A stretch of DNA of 56,850 bases, counting the filler, from Sphacelaria rigidula (taxonomy: Eukaryota): assembly GCA_964200075.2 (NCBI GenBank). It is 6 parts of 6 records of this genome, joined end to end, with 100 filler letters (N's around TTAATTAATTAA, not from the genome) between each part and the next. Parts side by side here need not be neighbours in the genome. Positions count along the whole stretch, not along the records: positions 9,494 to 18,886 come from CAXNAA020008604.1; positions 18,987 to 28,378 come from CAXNAA020008605.1; 4 more parts are not named here. The stretch is one strand, 5' to 3'. Under the pieces are notes generated by a model. That model did not search any database. It was not told where the DNA came from and was given only the letters and a program-made list of their open reading frames with translations. Shown here piece after piece: positions 11,471 through 22,694 of this stretch. The position numbers were made by a program, and so were the translations under genes. Numbering within the stretch: the first letter of the stretch is position 1; the number at the start of each line of letters is the position of its first letter.

Positions 11471-13109
11471 TTTGCATCACAGTTGACTGAGAGCCCATCA
11501 TGAGCTTTCTTGAACGTAAGTCCTAACTTCTTCGTCTCATTTAGATACTTCAGAACTTTCATAAGAGCTTCCCAGTGCCTCTCGCATGGGTCATGCGACT
11601 GGCGAGCAGGCGCTCGTACCGAATTCGCGATGTCGGTTCTGGTCCCTGTTGCCAGCCACATTGACCCCCCCACTACGTTACGGTATGGGCGATTCACCTT
11701 TTTGTCTTCGCCCGTCGTCGGCCCCAACTTTACAGAAACAGAGGCAGGGATTTCCCAGTACCCCCTCACCTCAAAACGCTTCAGGAGTGTGTCCGTGAAC
11801 GTAGTTTGCGTCACAGACAGCGTGCCTCTATCCCAGTTTCTACCGACCGCGCATCCCATATACCAGGTGACCTCTCCGAGATTGTTCGTGGGGAACTTTT
11901 CGTTGAGGATTTGGCCTACCTTTCCTACGTATTCCTCAGTACCACTGATGAGGATGTCGTCCACATGGATTTCTAAAATCACACGTACTTCTCTTGCATC
12001 CTCCATATTAAAAACACATGGATCAGCTTCGCACTGCACCATCCCGACATCCTTCAGTACAGTTTGACACAGGAGACGAGACCACTGCCTGCCTGCTTGC
12101 TTGATCTCGTAAATAGATTTTTCAAGCTTTACGGTCACGTCTTTCAAGACGGAGCAATCTTCAGGCAACCTCATGTATACATCGGTATCCATTTCCGCTT
12201 GAACAAAAGCTTGTGTCACATCATAATGGTACAGCGGCCACTCTTGCTGAGCTGCCACTGCCATGACCAGTTTGATAGAGGCCATGGAGGACGTTGCCGC
12301 GAAAGTCTCGAAATAGTTGACTGCAAAACGTTGTCCAAATCCTCGCGCTACCAAACTTGCCTTTGCCTTCGTTACAGTACCGTCTGCGTCAGTCTTCCAA
12401 CTGAAAACCCACTTCGCTGAAATCACGTTCGCTGCTTCCGGTACAGGGCCAATCGAAAATGTTGCAGCTTTTTCGTGATCTCCTAGCTCGGCCTGCATCG
12501 CGCCAAACCATGCCTCTCGAAATTCTGACTTGGCAATGTCATCCATACTGGTTGGTGCTGCCTCTATTTCGCTTACGTGTATGCCAACTGGTGAACGCAA
12601 ACCGAATTCAGGCTGCCCTACCCTGTTTTCCTCAGCGACAAAACAAAAAATCTCGTTTTCAGCTAACTCGTGTTGAGTCGAAGCGATTGCGTCTTGCCCA
12701 GCCACCTGTCCTGCTGCCGCGGTAACCATCTCCATGGTTGAGCATTTGTCCTCCGCCATTCCCGCCAGCGCCATCTCCGCTTCCTTCTTGCTTCCCTCCG
12801 CTCCACCAGCCACCAGCGTTTCGTCTTGTGCGTGTTCTGACTCCATTGCCTCGCGCGGTTGACTCCTCGTACGCCCCGCCCTTGGTGTTGGTAACCGGTC
12901 AGCCCACGCAAGACGGCGTTGCTCGGTCCTCGGGAGTTGAGGAGCGTCGCCGCCCCCCCCGCCATCTTGCGAGGGACCCGTGGAAGAGGGTGACAGTGCG
13001 AGCGCCGAGGCAGTGTCCGATGCCGATGTGCGCGTCAGCGTAGGTGTCGGCGTCTGCGCTGGTGTCTGCGTCGGGGTAGGTATCGGCGTCTGCGCTGATG
13101 TTGGCGTTG

Positions 13110-13142
<33 letters not shown>

Positions 13143-13377
13143 CCGGCTCCACCTCACTCCCTCTGTTGACAAAATCTGGAACGGGGATCTCTGGTATCAC
13201 CCCGCCTTCCGCCCCCCCGTCACGGGGACGGTGAAGGCACTTCGCCTCCTCCACTACTGACGGGGATCTGCGGTGCTTCTCCGCACCTCCCACCAACGGA
13301 ACTCGGCGGGGAGGACGGCGCGCTTGAGGAACCGCTGGACGAAGTGTCCACTGTCGAGCTTTTCGTCCTGTCTTCAC
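11428..13377 (-). CDS. pol: Copia pol: linker plus reverse transcriptase (RVT_2), frameshifted relative to the upstream ORF
   Basis: KWVFSWK, KAKASLVARGFGQ, DVTQAF, LEKSIYEIKQAGRQW, HVDDILI. Confidence 0.93.
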
Positions 13378-16336
13378 TCACACCCTGGCCTTGATCGACG
13401 CTGGAATCCTTCAGCTCGCCCGGCGTCTGGATCGCTTGCTGTAATGTGCGGGGGGGAGCAACGGACGTACGTGCCCACGTTACATGTCTTGTCACGGAGA
13501 GAGTTCCTCGTACAGTTAGAACTCGCATCGCGTCACGTGGGTAGCCTGGGGCTGGGCTCAAGTACCAGCATTTTTCGGCCTTCGGTTGTAATATATGTTT
13601 CCGCTTCCTCCTACCAAAACCAGGCTTCAAGAACGGAATGAGATCACCTTCCGGTGGCGATCCATACCACATCTCATGCGGTGAATTATGGTGGGGGTTA
13701 GCCGAGGTAGCGGTACAGTTCAGGGCGTGACACGCCCAGTTTGCCTGTTCAGCCCACAGGCTGTCACCATTTGGGATGCGCTTATCTGGGTACAGCTCAG
13801 ACGCTTGGATTCTGGCCGCAAGGCCTGCTGTTTCGATTATACCTAACGCTCGCTCTGCAACACCGTTGAACTGGGGTGCGTCGGCAGTTGTCTTCTCCTG
13901 CTTGATCTTTTCCCTGTCGCACAGTTCACCAAATGCACCCTCCGAAAATTCACCCCCGTCATCGCTACGGACTATCTCAATTTTTCTCGGGGAGACCCAT
14001 GCAATGTATTTCGCGAAGTATCTCTCTGCCTCATCCTTCTTACGGAGGGAATGCAATTTTGTGTGCCGTGAGTGATAATCTCGGACTATCATCGTGTACG
14101 ACTTTCCCCCGTAAGACTTGACTGGTTTCGGCCCGGAAAGATCTACAAACACCCTAGGCGCTGACTTAGCTGCTCTCGTGTGCGTCGATCTTGGAATCGG
14201 TGCCCGCAGTCCCTTCGCCTCTGAGCAGCCGCGGTAAGGCTGCAGCTCCCCAGCCAGCTTCTTTCCCTGCTGCTTTGCCGTCTTCCTCAGTGAATCCTCG
14301 TGGACGTGATCATGGGAACAGTGAAACTCGTTGATGTCAGCGAGCTGGGGGCTAGGCGGAGCCCCCGGGGCAATAACAGCATATGCCGAAGCACACTTAT
14401 CACTACCACTTTGATGGAGGCGGCGGGCGTACATTCTGAGTTGACGTGGTTGTCCGGGTATTATCAGTGTGTTGCCTGAATTGAGATCTACCCTGAAACC
14501 TGGACGAAAACCAGTGTAGGTGTGTCCCATGTGTTGGGCCCTCATGAGTGGCAAGAGGTGATGACGGACACCAGGTACATGGTCAACATCCACTAGTTTT
14601 AGGATTACATCCTGTCTATCAGATCTGAAGGCAAGATACAAATTTCCTCTGCGTACGATCGGGTAAGTACTACCTCCCGCGCACCGCAGTACCCTACCCT
14701 TGCACTCTCTGTACTCCGTCATCCCATGAGAATCGTGGGAGAAATGCTGGGCAGCCCCCGTGTCAAATACCCACGGTTCGCCCTCACCCTGCTGACTATC
14801 CCCCCCCCGCTCAACACTCAATGCATACTCGCCTGTGTCGTCGTTGATGGTGGTGTCAAGAGAGGTGAAAGCCTTCGCATCCACCACCGAACAGACGGCG
14901 GAGCTGTCGATGTCGTCGGCCGCGTCCATCGCCATCACCGCGTCTTCTTTCTTCGCTGTCGATCTCGGACAGTCCCAGAACGTGTGCCCCTGCTGACCGC
15001 ACCTCCCGCAGTATCTCTTCAGGCAGTTCCTGGCTCGATGCGTCGTGTTCTCGTTGCAAACGTGGAAGCGGAGCAGCTGCCCAGTCGCCGGTTTGCCGCC
15101 CGACGCTGCCGACCCAGAGCTACGTAAACTCTGGCTCCCGCCGTTTTTCTGACCAGAGCCCTGAGGGTTTTCCGGTTTTCCCTTGCAGTGCGCACCGCTC
15201 GGTTTTCCGGTCCCACCCCTGGCAAGGAGAGCCTGGTCGCCCGGGGATGACTTCCTTTCCCGGGCAAGTTCCTGCTTCAAAGATGTTGATTCGAATCGCT
15301 TTCGGATCAAAGTCAACACAACCTCCCGTGTCAGCGGTCCCTCTCGATCCTCGAGCGGTTGCTTCTGGATGTGATACTCGAAGGGCAACGCGTTAAGGAA
15401 TTTCAAGAGAATGTGGTTTTCGCTTAGTCGTTCATGCTCCTCGTATGAATTCAGGCTACGTGCAATTTCCTCCATCTCGAGCAGCTTCTGCTCTGGATCA
15501 TCACGGACACCAATCTTGACTCCATCGAAGTTTTCCAACAAAGCGGTTCTCGCCCCAGTTGTTTTGGGGCGAAAGACATCCTCGAGTTTTCTCCAAACCG
15601 CAGCAGGTGAGTGGATTCTAAGCAAAATATCTTGCTCTCTCCTTCCTTCTAAACTAGCTACAAGCATTCGTCTGGCCCTTACGTTGGCTGCCACTGCGTC
15701 CTTCCCATGTCTACTCTCCAGACACCCCATTTCTACTTCAGGATTACCGGCACCTACATCGTAAGAACTACCGCCGGCCATGGTGAACACCCCGCCAATT
15801 CCTTCGGCCCTTGCGAAGTTGACCAGTTCATGCCTATACCGAGCATAATCAGCGCTCTTCGCTGAAAATTTTGGGACGTTCTGTCGAAAAGCGGGAACCC
15901 CTGCCACATTTCCATTTGTATCGTTTATTTGGATTGACTCACGTGCGGGGACAAAGCCCCTAGTTTCGTCACTGGTGGCCTCGTTGTCTATTGCGTCGCG
16001 CGCTCCGTCCTCTGGAACAGCTTGGCTCCCGATGTACAGTCGCTGTCTTCGAACTCCAGCACCGCTTCGCTCCGCTGTTCTGTTTATGTTGAATTCCCCC
16101 TGTTGACTATGGGAACGTTCACTATCGAGGACGCCGTTGTTTTCTGCGCCCCCGGCCTCTCTTTCTGCCCTCATATTGTCCATGTTACTCTGCAATGCAG
16201 CTTGGCTTAGCTGCAAATCACGGATGAGCTGAGCCAAGGAACTCATCTGACTACATACTTTCTGTAACTGCTCTGTAACACCCTGCTCACCCATAAATGT
16301 AGCAGGCCTATCACCCTGTTCTGCCATTCTGCCCAA
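13220..16336 (-). CDS. gag-pol: Copia gag-protease-integrase polyprotein (1038 aa)
   Basis: Zinc knuckle CGRCGQQGHTFWDC, protease WVFDTGAAQH, integrase VFVDLSGP / VRSDDGGEF / PQFNGVAER. Confidence 0.95.
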   Translation of the reverse strand: MGRMAEQGDRPATFMGEQGVTEQLQKVCSQMSSLAQLIRDLQLSQAALQSNMDNMRAEREAGGAENNGVLDSERSHSQQGEFNINRTAERSGAGVRRQRLYIGSQAVPEDGARDAIDNEATSDETRGFVPARESIQINDTNGNVAGVPAFRQNVPKFSAKSADYARYRHELVNFARAEGIGGVFTMAGGSSYDVGAGNPEVEMGCLESRHGKDAVAANVRARRMLVASLEGRREQDILLRIHSPAAVWRKLEDVFRPKTTGARTALLENFDGVKIGVRDDPEQKLLEMEEIARSLNSYEEHERLSENHILLKFLNALPFEYHIQKQPLEDREGPLTREVVLTLIRKRFESTSLKQELARERKSSPGDQALLARGGTGKPSGAHCKGKPENPQGSGQKNGGSQSLRSSGSAASGGKPATGQLLRFHVCNENTTHRARNCLKRYCGRCGQQGHTFWDCPRSTAKKEDAVMAMDAADDIDSSAVCSVVDAKAFTSLDTTINDDTGEYALSVERGGDSQQGEGEPWVFDTGAAQHFSHDSHGMTEYRECKGRVLRCAGGSTYPIVRRGNLYLAFRSDRQDVILKLVDVDHVPGVRHHLLPLMRAQHMGHTYTGFRPGFRVDLNSGNTLIIPGQPRQLRMYARRLHQSGSDKCASAYAVIAPGAPPSPQLADINEFHCSHDHVHEDSLRKTAKQQGKKLAGELQPYRGCSEAKGLRAPIPRSTHTRAAKSAPRVFVDLSGPKPVKSYGGKSYTMIVRDYHSRHTKLHSLRKKDEAERYFAKYIAWVSPRKIEIVRSDDGGEFSEGAFGELCDREKIKQEKTTADAPQFNGVAERALGIIETAGLAARIQASELYPDKRIPNGDSLWAEQANWACHALNCTATSANPHHNSPHEMWYGSPPEGDLIPFLKPGFGRRKRKHILQPKAEKCWYLSPAPGYPRDAMRVLTVRGTLSVTRHVTWARTSVAPPRTLQQAIQTPGELKDSSVDQGQGVSEDRTKSSTVDTSSSGSSSAPSSPPSSVGGRCGEAPQIPVSSGGGEVPSPSP

Positions 16337-16352
16337 CCGGTTGTAATACTAG

Positions 16353-16595
16353 TGTATTCTGTGGCCCGAGGCGAAGGACAGATAGTTTTATCCTTTTAAA
16401 TGATTGGAGAGTGCCTAGACTGAGTCGACCCTATGACTGGGGGATCATATGTTGAGTGGGCACAGGTGGTAGCGTGGTTGCCAGCCCGGGCGAGGTACTG
16501 TAGTCACACACACTCGACTATCAGTACCCGCACATGTGCGCATTAATCTATCCGCACATGTGCATGTTCACTCAGTGAACCCGTTCACATGAACA
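16353..16595 (-). repeat. 5' LTR of the copia element
   Basis: TG...CA termini. Followed on minus by CTAGTATTACAAC, possibly a decayed tRNA-iMet PBS. Confidence 0.92.
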
Positions 16596-16603
16596 CAGAT
16601 GCT

Positions 16604-16716
16604 CTCCAGAGGATTCGTTGATGTCCATTCCAGAGGGATGAAACACCACCTCTAGAGGGTATTTTACCCTCCAGAGGGTCATTTACCATCCAGAGGATGA
16701 AAATCACGATAGAGGA
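16604..16716. repeat. Short irregular repeats of CCAGAGG(G), probably subterminal repeats of a DNA transposon
   Basis: About six variants spaced 17-25 bp apart. Confidence 0.55.
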
Positions 16717-17081
16717 CTTCCAAACAGGAGCCGAATGGCCGCGTGTGTAACGAAAACGATTCACGGGTTGAACCTCATTTTTTAGTTCAACCTCAAAAAT
16801 CAGGATCCGCTGTTAATTGGCGGTGCAGATAGATGCGTTTAGCTTGATTGAGCAAGCATTGCAGAGCATTGTGATATTTGTCTGGTCTTGTTCTTGTCGT
16901 GGAAGTGTGACATGCAATGCATCGCCGAAACTCATGAATATAACTTGGCCTTGGCTCCGAAGGTACGCGAAGAATGAAAGCATAATTAACACGAATTTTT
17001 ATTCTTTGCATTTTGTATTTTTAATTTATTTATTTTATTTACGGTTGAAATTTAGTGAGTCGCTCACCTCCCTCCTTTTTG

Positions 17082-17162
17082 TTCCGTCTCGAAAGGGATG
17101 CGTGGTCAATGGTCAAATGACTAAGGCAAGCAACAAATGAGTACGCCCCCCCCCCCTCCCCC
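17082..17162 (+). mobile_element. Poly(C)-ended LINE 3' end (family A), 5'-truncated
   Basis: TCCGTCTCGAAAGGGATGCGTGGTCAATGGTCAAATGACTAAGGCAAGCAACAAATGAGTACG followed by a C-run. Confidence 0.85.
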
Positions 17163-17249
17163 GAAGACAGCTAGGATTAAAAAAGTCGGCAGAGGGCCTC
17201 GCATTTTGTTTCTTTGGGCACTCCTGCTCCCCCCCCCCAATCGTATAAT

Positions 17250-17659
17250 GACTCTTATACCCCATCATTGACCGATTTTGGACGTTTTGACGTCGATCAC
17301 TAGCTATTGCATGCTAACAAGATGTTGGATGGGGCGTGCGTAGGGTAACATCACGAACATATTTAAAAACAGTGGCGGTTTCGCGTTTTTCACATCTTGT
17401 GGCTCATTTGTCGCGTTTTTTCGTTCTCCTGGGTCTCTCATATGCTTTCCTGGGAAAACAAGCGCAAAATGGCCATTTTTGGACCGACCTACTTTTTCTC
17501 GGCCGCGCGGCTGCATTGGTCGAGCACCCACATTGTAGAAAGAATGTTGGTTTCAGCTAAAAAAACGCCGACGAAAGCAATAAAATGATCGAAAATCAAA
17601 GATGACACCTTCAAGGGCTCGTACAACCATAAGCGCCCAGACGTATGAGACAGAGGAAG
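17250..17659. mobile_element. Partial Tc1/mariner MITE, inverted relative to 25189-25796
   Basis: Reverse-complement similarity to 25189-25595. Ends ATGAGACAGAGGAAG. Confidence 0.8.
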
Positions 17660-18020
17660 TGTATGTTTTCGTGCCAACATCGGATTGATTTGTTGATGCG
17701 GCAGTACGGGATGGGCGCACCGCCTATATACTATATACCCGCTCTGCGCGTGTCCTGAGTACTGAACCCTTATAAAACTAGTGGTGGGCAGAATCAGCAT
17801 GAATCCCAATTTCGTGGCTGCCCTCTCCTTTTTGTTGGTGTGTCCGGAAAATGATCTACATTTTAATATCACCTACCGCACATGAGAGTTGGACGGAAAA
17901 GAGCCGACTCTAACGAAGAAAGGCCCTGCATCACTTCGACTCTTCTTCAAGATGATCAGCTGAGAGAAGAACGAGCGTACGCATGTGACGTCGAAATCTT
18001 CGCCAGTTGCAGTCCTGCAG

Positions 18021-18104
18021 ATGGACAGAGCCGCTGTAGATATTATTCAGAACGGCTGTAAAACTTACAAATTTCACGACACCCTGCACACCTGCCAGGG
18101 CCCT
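18021..18104 (+). CDS. Candidate host exon, product unknown (MDRAAVDIIQNGCKTYKFHDTLHTCQGP)
   Basis: Open frame bounded by a CCTGCAG acceptor-like site and a consensus GTGAGT donor. Confidence 0.35.
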
Positions 18105-18886
18105 GTGAGTATGCAATTTGACCGGCCAGGTACGTGCTCGGCCGCGGCCTCAGGAGCAACCATATGTCCAGCACAACTCCAAGACTCGCAAGGGTCACAG
18201 CCCTCGACAGAAGAACAAGAGAGCGCTGGAGGCCATGGCTAACCCGTAGCCGTGAATCGCAGCAAAATTGAAACAAGTGTGTCACACCACACGAGTTTGT
18301 CAAGGAGAAGATGCCCATCTGCTCGAAAGCCTGGAGGTATTTTACTCGTTGATTGAACGCCACGTCAACTAATACCTATACCATACGGAGACAGTGGCCA
18401 TACTGAAGCCTAGATGCAACCCCGAACGATGCGTACAGCGGATGATGATGATTCTTGGCGTGAACGTTCCCTGGAGTACAGGGAAACGCTTGGTACCCCC
18501 AATTTCACCACATTTCTTCTATATATAAAAATATGCCCAATTTCACCAAATTTGTTTTATTTACAGAAACATGGTGCCAAGGATCCGTCAAAATAATATT
18601 TCTGGACACGTAGACCTCAAGATCGAGAATTACCAGCGGATCCTAATTTTTGGGGTTGAACTAAAGAATGAGGTTCAACCCGCAAATCGTTTTCGTTGGG
18701 AAAATACCAAACAGTAACACAGAAGAAAAGTCTTTCCCCCCAAAACTCCCCAGGAGGAGTTGGGCAGTTCGGGCTAGGTGCACCCAACGAATGCGGTGTA
18801 CACGCGTGTCGATGACGATATCACCAGAGAGAGGAGCAACGACAGAGAGGAAGCTCCTAGCCCGTGTCCTGTGTGTGTCCTCGCTC

Positions 18887-18986
18887 NNNNNNNNNNNNNN
18901 NNNNNNNNNNNNNNNNNNNNNNNNNNNNNNTTAATTAATTAANNNNNNNNNNNNNNNNNNNNNNNNNNNNNNNNNNNNNNNNNNNN
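18887..18986. other. Artificial contig linker
   Basis: 100 bp of N with TTAATTAATTAA. Confidence 0.98.
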
Positions 18987-19219
18987 GAGTGCGAGCCTGG
19001 TCCGGCAAAAACCCGGCGTGCTCCGTCCCAGCTGTGTAGGGACGGACCTCTATGGGGTTGGCGTCGGTTGGCAATGGCGCTGTAAAACACGCCACTCTAT
19101 GTGTAAGCGAAGCCACCAGGTTACCGTTGTTTTGTGCGCGCTTGCGTTGTTCTGAAGTAGTCATGATAGTGGTTGAGGTAGATCATATCGTGAGGGGTGG
19201 GAGTACCTCAATTCCGCGC

Positions 19220-19974
19220 AAAGAGGATGACGTCCTCGTTTGCTTGCCTCCGCCCGCAAAATGAAGGACAGGATGATGCTGCCTGCCCGTGTATGACTTT
19301 CACAACTGCGGTTAACATCTTCCTCGCAACTCATCTATAAAACGGGGGGGGCAAGCAGAAAGGCGAGGGCGTGATCGACCGGTCCTGCCGGGATTCAGCA
19401 GCAGTACACAAAAAAAATACCGACTGTAGATTGCTGAGTGCAAAGATCGCAGCATGCTTGCTTTCCTTCAGCTGTATGCGCAGATATACCCACTATACCA
19501 CCAGCTATGGACTTTATAGACAGTACGGTAGCGTACACTCGTAGCAGCACAGCAAGCAAGTAGGTAGCTACTGGATTGTTTCTGCTCTTCACTTCGAGAG
19601 TGTGATGTGTCCGCAAACGGCGACCACCATGCTTGACCCCAACAACACCACCAACGCTGCCGAAGCACACACTGTCTAAGAAGCTGGACACCGCCAACTC
19701 AGGTGCTTTTCGCTCTACACCATAGCGCAGGATGTCTGTCACTAGCAAGGTTCCTGATTACTGTCGCACGCTTGCGAGCGCCACGGCGTGCTCACAGGGC
19801 AGCAGCGCCGCGAAGTGTTGCGCTGCAGTCCGAAGTGTTCAGACTGCTCCTCACGCCAAGCTTCGGAGAAAAAATCAAGCCGCTTCATTTCCGGAGATTG
19901 CTGAGCACCGGGTCTGAAAACGCCCAACATTTCCGGGATCTCCGAAAAAACAGTATTGATAATAATGGGCCTAA
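19220..19974. mobile_element. Second copy of the 7330-8090 dispersed repeat
   Basis: Colinear similarity over about 750 bp. Confidence 0.7.
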
Positions 19975-20163
19975 GGGCGTGTCTTCGCATATGATTTTTC
20001 GATCAAAAATGTGCGGCGGAAAAGGAAAACTCCGATCTGATAGGTCGTGATTTCAACTATCGTAGTTTATTGTGAAGATGGTTGAAATCACGACCTATCA
20101 GATCGGAATATTTGTTCTCCACTGCGCTTTTTCGATCGAAAAATGATGTGCTAAGACACGGCC
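19975..20163. mobile_element. PIF/Harbinger (Tourist-like) foldback MITE
   Basis: Near-complete palindrome GGGCGTGTCTT...TCCGATCTGATAGGTCGTGATTTCAAC with its inverse. Flanked by TAA and TTA. Confidence 0.85.
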
Positions 20164-20171
20164 TTAATTCG

Positions 20172-20371
20172 TTTCGCGCCGAACAATCAAGCAGGATGCA
20201 GCTCACCATTCATGCGACTCGCCGAACACATAACGGCGATTCGCGACTGGTGATTGATTGCGAGCCAGGTCCAGCGAAAGCTCGGCGTGCTCCGTCCCGG
20301 CTTTGCAGGGATGTGAGCTCAATGGTCATATGACTACAGCATGCAAGATTATGAGTGCACGCCCCCCGCCC
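20172..20371 (+). mobile_element. Poly(C)-ended retroposon 3' fragment (family B)
   Basis: Homologous to 2635-2782, 18987-19047 and 47205-47361. Ends ATGAGTGCACGCCCCCC. Confidence 0.75.
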
Positions 20372-21283
20372 ATTTGAGTAGAAGTACTGGTGCATGGCAC
20401 TGGCCTACGTAATGGTGGATCTGCCCCACAGTTTTCTACCTTGATTTTTTTAGGAGCGAAACCCGGCACTCTCAAGGTTCCATTGGCCGAAAGACCTCGG
20501 CAATTTATTTTTCAAGGGGAACATTGAAGTGGCGTGGCTAGAGGTTGGACTTGTTTCAGCTTTCAGGAGGGTGGGGGTTGTGAAAACTGTCACCCAAGGA
20601 TGATAAACGTCATCTGCACTACAGTAGTGGGCTGTCTAATTATTCAGGGGTGTTTCGGGGGTTTTCTCGCGTACTACTCTTCGATCGAACTTGAAATTGC
20701 TAGCTTAGATAGATTTTGGCACAATGAACAGATCCTCCTCGGAAAACAGTGCCCAAGTCAGTGTTAGTTGATGCTATCGAGCGATACCAGTAAATACCAC
20801 GTATATCAGGAGGGTGTTATTGACCGTGAAAAACTGTTTTTTGGTTCTAGTGCGATGAGTGCATAGAATTTCAAAAAAATCAAACTGTAAATTTCTTCAC
20901 AAGTATGACCGGGACAAGCTCGATTGACCGATGATACCAAAGAGGAAAGGTTTGGACTGAAACGTGGCAGGGCCTCCGAGGACCGGTCAGCCCGTAAGTC
21001 ACTCGATATTGAGTACAGAACTTTTTTTCCCTTGGGATGTGGAGCGGATACAAATATGTTCAGATCCCCAATATGACAAGCTGGTGACAAGCGAAGAGAG
21101 CCCAACAAAATCGCTAATACGAAAAAATCACAAAATGCCACAAAATGAACAGTTAGACCGCCCACTACTGTACACACATTCACCCAAATGGTACTCCAGC
21201 ATCTCAGTTTCATATATATTGAGCTCGCATCGAAACACACCTTGGGCACGAAGAAAGAGAACAAAATTGCTTTGACGAACCAC

Positions 21284-21373
21284 CTGAGCACGGGTCATTC
21301 CCTCGTAGTAGTTGAGGCCGATGTACCCAGGCCGACCGACGAGCTTGTACCTCAGGTGAAAAATTGTCGCCAT
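21284..21373 (-). CDS. Candidate first coding exon of an unknown host gene (MATIFHLRYKLVGRPGYIGLNYYEGMTRAQ)
   Basis: ATGGCG start, strong C/G third-position bias, CAG|GT donor in phase 0. Confidence 0.5.
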
Positions 21374-22104
21374 GCACGCGCTGACCCGTTAGCCCCAGGT
21401 GATGTCTCGGGTTGCCCTTACGAGCGTGCAGCGCAACGCCAGCTAGATGGTGCAGACGTCGGTATGCCGGGTTTGTGTGCTTACACGAGTGGGCAGCAAT
21501 AACCGTACAGCCCCAGAGACCACTAGCGTACAGGATATGCATGGTGTCGTGCGACAATAGCACAGGCAGTACAGTGCGCTATTGTGCAGCACAGCGACCA
21601 AAATCTGTTGCACTGGCTCTATTTACGCCCTCAGCACTGCCGAGCCGAGCGGAGACCTGTGACAGGTTACGACGCCTTGTGCGTCTATGCGTTCTCTTTC
21701 ACATATAACGTGAAAATTTGGACGTTTGCAGTTGACCGCTTTCGTTACGCCCGGCATCAAAACACAGAACACACAAAGTTGATCATATCATTACTGTACG
21801 GAGTTACGTAACATGAGTGGCCCCATCCTCCCAATGCCCCGTTGTCTCACCACCGGTACCGACGAGCAACACACGACAGTAAAAGTATACAAATGCGGCG
21901 CAATTACTGTGTAACCGACACATTGTGTGCAATCGCGCCGCTCCCAAGCTTGCTTGCGCCGCCAAAATTCAAGTTCACCCAACATACTGTTCTGATCACG
22001 CGTGTTCATGGTGCGGCCTATATAGTAGCACTGAGATAGGGCGCACGTCCCCGGCCATCCTCGTGCATTAATCGGGGCCCTGTTCATAATGAGACTCAGA
22101 TTCT

Positions 22105-22344
22105 ATGCCAAGTGACCTATGCACCAGCATCGTTCCGCCTTCCATGTTTGAGTCATCGGAGTTGACGTTGCCGTGCATCTTGGGCAGACTGTCTAAGCTC
22201 GAGAATGACGACTTTTCGTATGGCCAGCTGCTGGATGGCTGTGTGGGGCGAAGGCGTATCCGCCCCTTATTGAGTGGCGAGAGCAAAACAGTAGCAACAC
22301 GGCTGGTTGCCAATCCCGCAGAAGAGACCGATGCAGTAGTCCAG
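22105..22344 (+). CDS. IQ-motif protein, candidate first exon
   Basis: ATG-initiated 80 codons ending CAG|GTTCGA in phase 0, compatible with the next exon. The donor is weak. Confidence 0.5.
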
Positions 22345-22694
22345 GTTCGAACAACGGCCCGCCCACGAAAAAGCCACCGTGATGGCTACTAACTGTAGCA
22401 CGTGCAGACAGCGCAACCCATCGTCTAGACTCATAAAGTCACCCCGCCGCTCTTTCCGTGCGATATTCCTCTTCTCGTCTGCATCGTTGAGGTATGCGGC
22501 AAGAAGTGGGCTATTGAGGACGAAATCAACTCGCTCACAATGATACCAGACACTATGCACCATAATCGGTTCATGCGCGAAATCACCGCCGTCACATATA
22601 TTGTACACGGTTATTGTGGAGACGAACAAAATGTTCTCATAATCGAACGCGAAGAGGGGTAAATAACGTTGCGCCTTTTTTTGCTCTGTCGCAG

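Larger units (their letters stand above)
10211..16595 (-). mobile_element. Ty1/copia LTR retrotransposon, near full length
   Basis: Paired ~243-bp LTRs, gag-PR-IN-RT-RNaseH domain order, and a purine tract (AGAGGGG on minus) next to the 3' LTR. Confidence 0.97.

Noticed and set aside
13220-13377. Programmed ribosomal frameshift between the copia ORFs
   Set aside because: It lies in the IN-RT linker near a C run, not at gag/pol. The element has other lesions, so a mutation or sequencing indel is more likely.
16749-18697. One 1.9-kb element bounded by ~65-bp inverted repeats and capturing the 18021 exon
   Set aside because: The homologue at 55600-55717 shows that the CAGCGG end at about 18635 reads rightwards. 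The two repeats are therefore outward-facing ends of separate hAT-like fragments.
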